Below, one piece after another: positions 59,092-64,000 of a stretch of DNA of 64,000 nucleotides. This DNA is from a candidate division FCPU426 bacterium (GTDB lineage: Bacteria > Oederibacteriota > JAAXVQ01 > JAUVAV01). Both the position numbers and the translations under genes were made by a program. Numbering within the stretch: the stretch's first letter is position 1; each line of letters opens with the position of its first letter. The notes beneath the pieces are model-generated. The model was not told where the DNA came from. It searched no databases and worked only from the letters and a program-made list of their open reading frames with translations. The stretch covers positions 160,001 through 224,000 of the forward strand of contig JBFLYH010000001.1 in assembly GCA_040756875.1 (NCBI GenBank). The letters are read 5' to 3'.

Positions 59092-59845
59092 GCGCATGCC
59101 CGAGTCTTTTCATTTCCTGACCTCCATCCAGGCCATCGGGCTGACGGGCTTGCAGGCCCAGACCCTGGCCGAACTCTACCAGGGCCTGGAGCAGGTGGAC
59201 GGGTCCTCCATCTACCATCATACCTACCGTTTTTTGCGGTCCCTGCACTTCCTGCCGGACACCCCCCGCTCGGATTTCGCCTCCTGGCTCAGCGAGAAGC
59301 TGCGGGAGGAGGAGCTGGCCGAACAGATCGCCGTGCTGGACCTGCGCGCCTATCCCACGCTGCGGGACTTGCGGCAGGCGCTCCTCGCCATCATCGGCCG
59401 GGCGCGCAACGACCCGCGGCGCTGGACGCGCACTGCGCCGCCGGGAATGGAATTCCACTTTGGGCGTTCGACCAGCATCGTGCTTTCGACCGGCTACGAA
59501 GCGGCCGGCCAGCCTGAATTGGTGCACGCCCTGGAGCGGGTGGACGTGGGCAGCCTGTTTTTCCACCTGGTGGAGGCGCCGCTGCACCAGACCTCGCCCA
59601 GCCCCTGGAACAACGATTTCTCAGCCTGGCTGGACGGCCAGCTGCAACTGGGCGCCGAAGCCAAGGCGATCGCCGCGCTGGACGTCTACCAGCTGGATTT
59701 GGAAACCATCCGGGAGCGGATGATCGCCATTCTCGGCGGCAAAAAATGGCAACGCGCCTTCCGGCGCGCCCTAGACCGTCCCGGACCGTCCTCGCTGTCG
59801 CCCCTGGTGCGCGGCTGGCTGCGCCGGTTCAAATCCAACCCCTGA
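59066..59845 (+). CDS. DUF5752 (OrfY-like) protein
   Basis: Internally duplicated: SSIYHH...SDFASWL and SLFFHL...NDFSAWL. Confidence 0.8.
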   Translation: MEKTEPKSERMPESFHFLTSIQAIGLTGLQAQTLAELYQGLEQVDGSSIYHHTYRFLRSLHFLPDTPRSDFASWLSEKLREEELAEQIAVLDLRAYPTLRDLRQALLAIIGRARNDPRRWTRTAPPGMEFHFGRSTSIVLSTGYEAAGQPELVHALERVDVGSLFFHLVEAPLHQTSPSPWNNDFSAWLDGQLQLGAEAKAIAALDVYQLDLETIRERMIAILGGKKWQRAFRRALDRPGPSSLSPLVRGWLRRFKSNP

Positions 59846-59853
59846 GGCTGCCC

Positions 59854-61089
59854 GTGGCGTCCCCCCTTTCCGAATACCGCAAACTGATCGGCGAGACCGA
59901 ATACCAGCTGCTGTGGAAGCTCGGGGCGACCTTGCGCGGGTTGCGCGTGGTCATGGTCAATTCGACCCGCGAGGGCGGCGGCGTGGCCGAGATTCTGCAA
60001 AACCTGGTCCCGCTTCTGAACGAACTGGGCCTGGACACCACCTGGGAAGTCATCGGCGGCGCGCCGGAGTTTTTCAACGCCACCAAGACCCTGCACAACG
60101 CGCTGCACGGCCGGCCGGAGCCCCTCACGCCGGAGATGCTCGCGGCCTATGACCAGGCCACGGAAGAAAACAGCCGCCGCCTGCGCGGCGCGCTCAACCG
60201 CGACCTGGTGTTCATCCACGACCCCCAGCCGGCCGGGCTGATCCAGGCGCTGCGGAAGCCCGAGCAAAAGTGGGTTTTCCGCTGCCACATCGACCTCTCC
60301 AACCCGTATCCCGAGGCCTGGGAGTTTTTGCGCGCGCACATCGCGGCCTACGACGCCTCGGTCTTTTCCCATCCGCGGTTCGCCCAGAAATTGGAGCACC
60401 CGCAGTTCATGATCGCGCCGTCCATTGACCCGCTCTCGGACAAGAACCGGGAGCTGCCCGACTCCCTGGTGCGGCAGACCCTGGAGCGGTTCGGCCTGGA
60501 CCCCGAACGGCCGCTGGTCACGCAGATCTCGCGCTTCGACAAACTGAAGGACCCGCTGGGCGTGATTGCGGCCTACCGGTTGGTCAAGAAAACGCACCCG
60601 GACGTGCAGTTGCTCCTGGCCGGCGGCGGCGCCAGCGACGACCCCGAGTCCGGCGAGATCCTGGCGCGCCTGCGCGAGGAAGCCGGGAAGGACCCGGACC
60701 TGCACCTGCTGGACCTGCCCTCGGGGTCCAACCTGGAGATCAACGCCCTGCAGCGGGGCAGCACGGTCATTCTCCAGAAATCCCTGCGCGAAGGCTTCGC
60801 GCTCACGGTCAGCGAGGCGCTGTGGAAGCGCAAACCCGTGGTGGCCTCGGACGTGGGCGGCATTCCCCTGCAGATCCTGCACGGCAAGACCGGCTGGCTG
60901 ACCTATACGGTCGAAGGGGCGGCCTACTACGTCCGCCGCGTGCTGAACAACCCGGCCGAATCCCTGGCCCTGGCCAAGTTCGGACGGGAGCATGTCCGCC
61001 GCAATTTCCTCATCACGCGGCATTTGCGCGAATATATCAGCCTGTTCCATTGCGTGCGCCAGCCGGGCCAAAATATCATCCGCTTGTGA
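59854..61089 (+). CDS. treT: Trehalose glycosyltransferring synthase (GT4)
   Basis: VNSTREGGGVAEIL, TKTLHNALHG, IHDPQP, RCHID, SRFDKLKDP, DDPE, QKSLREGFALTVSEALWK; GTG start inferred. Confidence 0.88.
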   Translation: MASPLSEYRKLIGETEYQLLWKLGATLRGLRVVMVNSTREGGGVAEILQNLVPLLNELGLDTTWEVIGGAPEFFNATKTLHNALHGRPEPLTPEMLAAYDQATEENSRRLRGALNRDLVFIHDPQPAGLIQALRKPEQKWVFRCHIDLSNPYPEAWEFLRAHIAAYDASVFSHPRFAQKLEHPQFMIAPSIDPLSDKNRELPDSLVRQTLERFGLDPERPLVTQISRFDKLKDPLGVIAAYRLVKKTHPDVQLLLAGGGASDDPESGEILARLREEAGKDPDLHLLDLPSGSNLEINALQRGSTVILQKSLREGFALTVSEALWKRKPVVASDVGGIPLQILHGKTGWLTYTVEGAAYYVRRVLNNPAESLALAKFGREHVRRNFLITRHLREYISLFHCVRQPGQNIIRL

Positions 61090-61273
61090 TCCCCCCGGCC
61101 GAAGGCCGGGGTACCGCGAAATAACCTTGCCTCATCCGCCGCCCGTCCCTTTTCCCGCACTGCCGGAATTCTTCAGGTTATAATCGTGTCCCGACGATCC
61201 TATCTCTGTCGTCGGACAGGTGACAGATCCGCAAGCCTGCGGTGTTATATCCCTTGGGAGGGGAAGCGGTTCG

Positions 61274-61762
61274 ATGCCCGTGGATATCGAGTCCTATTAT
61301 CGAAAATACGGGCCCATGGTGCTGAGGCGCTGTCGGACGCTGCTGCGCCATGAGGAGTGGGCCCTGGACGCCCTGCAGGAGGTCTTCGTGAATCTGCTGC
61401 GCCATCAGGAACGGCTCCACGACGCTTACCCCTCCAGCCTGCTTTACCGCATGGCCACCCGCGTGTGCCTGAACCTGCTGCGGACCCGGCGGCGCAAGCC
61501 CGAGACGCCGGACGAGGCCCTGCTGCTTTCCATCGCCCACGAGCCGGAGACGGAAAACCGCGTGCTGGCGGGCGCGATCCTGGACCGCCTGTTCGCGCGC
61601 GAACGCCCCTCCACGCGCGCCATGCTGGTCATGCTGTACGTGGACGGGCTGACGCTGGAGGAAGTGGCCAGGGAAACCGGATTGTCAGTCTCGGGCGTGC
61701 GCAAGCGCGTCCGGGAATTCAAGGCCAGGGCCCAGGCGGAAAAGGAGCAAAACCATGGCTGA
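61274..61762 (+). CDS. ECF sigma factor
   Basis: YGPMVLRRC, DALQEVF, LYRMATRVCLNLLR, DGLTLEEVA...SVSGVRKR; GGGAGG RBS. Confidence 0.93.
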   Translation: MPVDIESYYRKYGPMVLRRCRTLLRHEEWALDALQEVFVNLLRHQERLHDAYPSSLLYRMATRVCLNLLRTRRRKPETPDEALLLSIAHEPETENRVLAGAILDRLFARERPSTRAMLVMLYVDGLTLEEVARETGLSVSGVRKRVREFKARAQAEKEQNHG

Positions 61763-62528
61763 CCAGCTCCCGGATTATCTTTTGGAGCGCTATTTGCTGG
61801 GTGAGTTGCCGCCCCGGCGCCTGGCCGAGATTCGCGCGGCCTTGGAACAGGACGCGGATGCCCGGGAACGCCTGGAAGCATTGCAAGCCTCGAACGCCGA
61901 GATTCTGCGGCAGTATCCCGCGGAGCGCATGGCGCCCGCCATTCAGAAACAGCTGGAACGCGAATCCCCGGCTCGGGCCAGGGGCTGGCAATGGCTTCCG
62001 GTGTTTTCCCTGGCTGCGGCGGCGGTTGCCTTGCTGGCCGTGGCGCCGGTCGTGGAACGCGCCCTGTTCGCGCCCGCGGACACGACCCGGCTCAAGGGCA
62101 GGGACATACGCCTGGTGGTCTACCGCAAAGAAGGGAACCAGGCCATGCCCCTGGCCGACCAGGACCGCGCCAGGGACGGAGACCTGCTGCAAATCGCCTA
62201 CGCCGTGCCGCCCGGAACCCACGGCGTCATTTTCTCGCTCGACGGCGGGGGCAAGGTCACCCTGCACTTTCCCGCCGCCCCGGAATTCTCCACCCTGATG
62301 CCGCAGGGCAGCGGGAAGGTGCTGCTGCCCGTGGCGTATGAATTGGACCGCGCCCCGGGGTTCGAACGCTTTGTCCTGATGACCGCGCCGTTTGAACTGC
62401 AGGTTCCGGCCGTGCTGGCCGCGGCCCGCGAGGTGGCGGCTGACGGCCGCACTGCCCGGACCCGGCCGATTCCCGCGCCTGCGGGCGCGGAACAAATCAC
62501 ACTGGTCTTGACAAAGGACACGCCATGA
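61755..62528 (+). CDS. Membrane anti-sigma factor (ActD-like, extracytoplasmic DUF4384-type domain)
   Basis: LLERYLLGEL anti-sigma start, one TM helix, GDLLQIAY, SLDGGGKVTLHFP, LDRAPGFERF; overlaps both neighbours. Confidence 0.8.
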   Translation: MADQLPDYLLERYLLGELPPRRLAEIRAALEQDADARERLEALQASNAEILRQYPAERMAPAIQKQLERESPARARGWQWLPVFSLAAAAVALLAVAPVVERALFAPADTTRLKGRDIRLVVYRKEGNQAMPLADQDRARDGDLLQIAYAVPPGTHGVIFSLDGGGKVTLHFPAAPEFSTLMPQGSGKVLLPVAYELDRAPGFERFVLMTAPFELQVPAVLAAAREVAADGRTARTRPIPAPAGAEQITLVLTKDTP

Positions 62529-64000
62529 AAACCATCCGCCTGTTTCTTCTGCTGAACGCGTTTGTGCTGGCGGCCGCGGTCCCGGCGCCGGCGGCGCCGC
62601 AGGATTCCATGCGGCGTTTTGCCCTGGTGGTGGGCGCGGACGACGGCGGCCCGGAGCGCGGCCGCCTGCAATACGCCGAATCCGACGCCCGGCTCATGAC
62701 CCGGCTGCTGCAGAAGCTCGGCGGCGTGTTCCCCATTGATTGCGTTTTTCTCCTCCAACCCGACCGCGAGCGCCTGCTCGGAGGGTTCAGGGATTTACAG
62801 GAAAAAATCCGGCGCGCCCGGGAGACGGCCAAAAGAATCGAGCTGGTTTTTTATTACTCCGGCCATTCGGACGAGGAAGCCGTCCTGCTGGGACAGGACA
62901 GGTTGTCGTATCAGGAGATCAAGCGCAGCCTCGACCGCGTCCCGGCCGACGTCAGGATCGCCATTCTGGATTCCTGCTCTTCGGGCGCTTTCACGCGGCT
63001 CAAGGGCGGCCAGATGCGGCCGCCGTTTCTGCTGGACGAAGCGAACGACATGAAAGGCAGTGCCTATCTGACCTCGAGCGCCTCGGACGAGGCCTCCCAG
63101 GAGTCCGACAAGCTGCAAAGCTCGTTTTTCACGCACTTCCTGACTTCGGGCCTGCGCGGCGCGGCGGATACGTCCCAGGACGGCCGCGTTTCCCTGCATG
63201 AGGCCTACCAATACGCCTATCACGAGACCTTGAACAAAACCGAGAAAACCCTGGGCGGCCCGCAGCACCCGAACTACAACATCCAGATGACCGGCACCGG
63301 CGACGTGGTGATGACCGATATCCGCAACAGCTCGGCGATCCTGACCTTTGACCAGGACCTTTACGGCCGGTTCCTCATCCGCGACCAGAACGAGCGCATC
63401 GTGCTGGAGATGCGCAAGCCCGAGGGCCGCAGCCTGCAAATCGGCCTGGAGGAGGGCGTTTACCAAGTCAGCAACGAAAGGGACCAGCGGCTGTTCGAGA
63501 CCCGCGTCGAGCTGACGCTGGGCCAGGAACTGGTGTTGAACGCGGCCGCCTTCGGGGAGGTGGCGCGCGAGGCCGCCCGGCTGCGGGGCGAGGAACCGGC
63601 GCCCGAGAACAAGTTTGCGGCCCCGGGCTACCAAGTCGTGCCCTGGGACGTGACGCTGGTCCCGGATTCAAACCGCTACGCGCGCACCATCCATTACTGC
63701 GTGCTGGGCCTGGTGGGGAGCACGAGCGCCAAGCTGGACGGATTCGCCCTCAGCCCTGGGCTGAGCCTCGTGATCGAAGAGGCGCGGGGCGTGCAATGCA
63801 CGGGCCTCGGCAATTCAGCCGGCCGGGAGATGGAAGGGGTGCAGCTGGCCGGGCTCTTCAACAGCTGTGCAGGAAGCATGAAAGGCGTGCAGTCCGCCGG
63901 GATCCTGAATTCGGCCAAGGGGCAGATGGCCGGCGTGCAGGCGGGCGGCGTTCTCAGCCTGAGCCAGGGCGCGTTCTCCGGCCTGCAGAGCGGAGGGGTT
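62525..64000 (+). CDS. Exported caspase-family (peptidase C14) protein with C-terminal GVQ repeats; 3' end beyond the window
   Basis: Missing from the ORF track because it has no stop. My translation: signal peptide MKTIRLFLLLNAFVLAAAVPAPA, RRFALVVGAD, LQYAESDA, FYYSGHS (His 62864), ILDSCSSG (Cys 62975), SQES, SFFTHFL.SGLRGAAD. Confidence 0.92.
   Translation, partial: MKTIRLFLLLNAFVLAAAVPAPAAPQDSMRRFALVVGADDGGPERGRLQYAESDARLMTRLLQKLGGVFPIDCVFLLQPDRERLLGGFRDLQEKIRRARETAKRIELVFYYSGHSDEEAVLLGQDRLSYQEIKRSLDRVPADVRIAILDSCSSGAFTRLKGGQMRPPFLLDEANDMKGSAYLTSSASDEASQESDKLQSSFFTHFLTSGLRGAADTSQDGRVSLHEAYQYAYHETLNKTEKTLGGPQHPNYNIQMTGTGDVVMTDIRNSSAILTFDQDLYGRFLIRDQNERIVLEMRKPEGRSLQIGLEEGVYQVSNERDQRLFETRVELTLGQELVLNAAAFGEVAREAARLRGEEPAPENKFAAPGYQVVPWDVTLVPDSNRYARTIHYCVLGLVGSTSAKLDGFALSPGLSLVIEEARGVQCTGLGNSAGREMEGVQLAGLFNSCAGSMKGVQSAGILNSAKGQMAGVQAGGVLSLSQGAFSGLQSGGV
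63740..64000 (+). repeat. 15-residue coding repeats (G-[VL]-Q-x-x-G-x-x-N)
   Basis: GVQCTGLGNSAGREME / GVQLAGLFNSCAGSMK / GVQSAGILNSAKGQMA / GVQAGGVLSLSQGAFS / GLQSGGV; 45-nt period. Confidence 0.85.

Noticed and set aside
1-64000. Mobile elements, prophage, tRNA/rRNA or anti-phage defence island
   Set aside because: I recognised no transposase, integrase, phage or RNA-gene signature. The caspase is exported and coupled to an ECF sigma, which fits signalling better than abortive infection.

Overview
GC-rich bacterial chromosomal segment, densely coding (about 60 CDS), from what looks like a diderm anaerobe with sigma54, lipoproteins and outer-membrane barrels; I cannot fix the lineage from this window. 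I saw no rRNA, tRNA, CRISPR array, transposase, integrase or phage gene. Contents in order: two hybrid histidine kinases and a CheY-like regulator around eno; an ArsR/SmtB metal-efflux pair with a perfect operator; speE, lpoB-like, purC; a sigma54-driven porin-amtB-glnK operon; an MsrB homologue lacking its catalytic Cys; rrf2-cysK-metY-thiI-like; the mercury-methylation pair hgcAB; hsp20; two GH99-like glycosidases; mntP; a STAS/Zn-ribbon/RsbW fusion; Rrf2-hemerythrin/PAS-cupin; a znuACB-type ABC operon headed by a small ribbon-helix-helix/Cys4 protein with a palindrome over its -10 box; pit; a structured leader resembling a Li+/Na+ riboswitch ahead of an otsA-otsB-MscS-like-DUF5752-treT operon; and, running off the right end, an ECF sigma / membrane anti-sigma / exported caspase operon. 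The best candidate for an undescribed system is that last operon: the same R-L-[K/R]-G motif sits just outside the anti-sigma transmembrane helix and twice in the caspase itself, suggesting a caspase-triggered proteolytic signalling cascade. All family assignments are from motif recognition by eye, with no database search.
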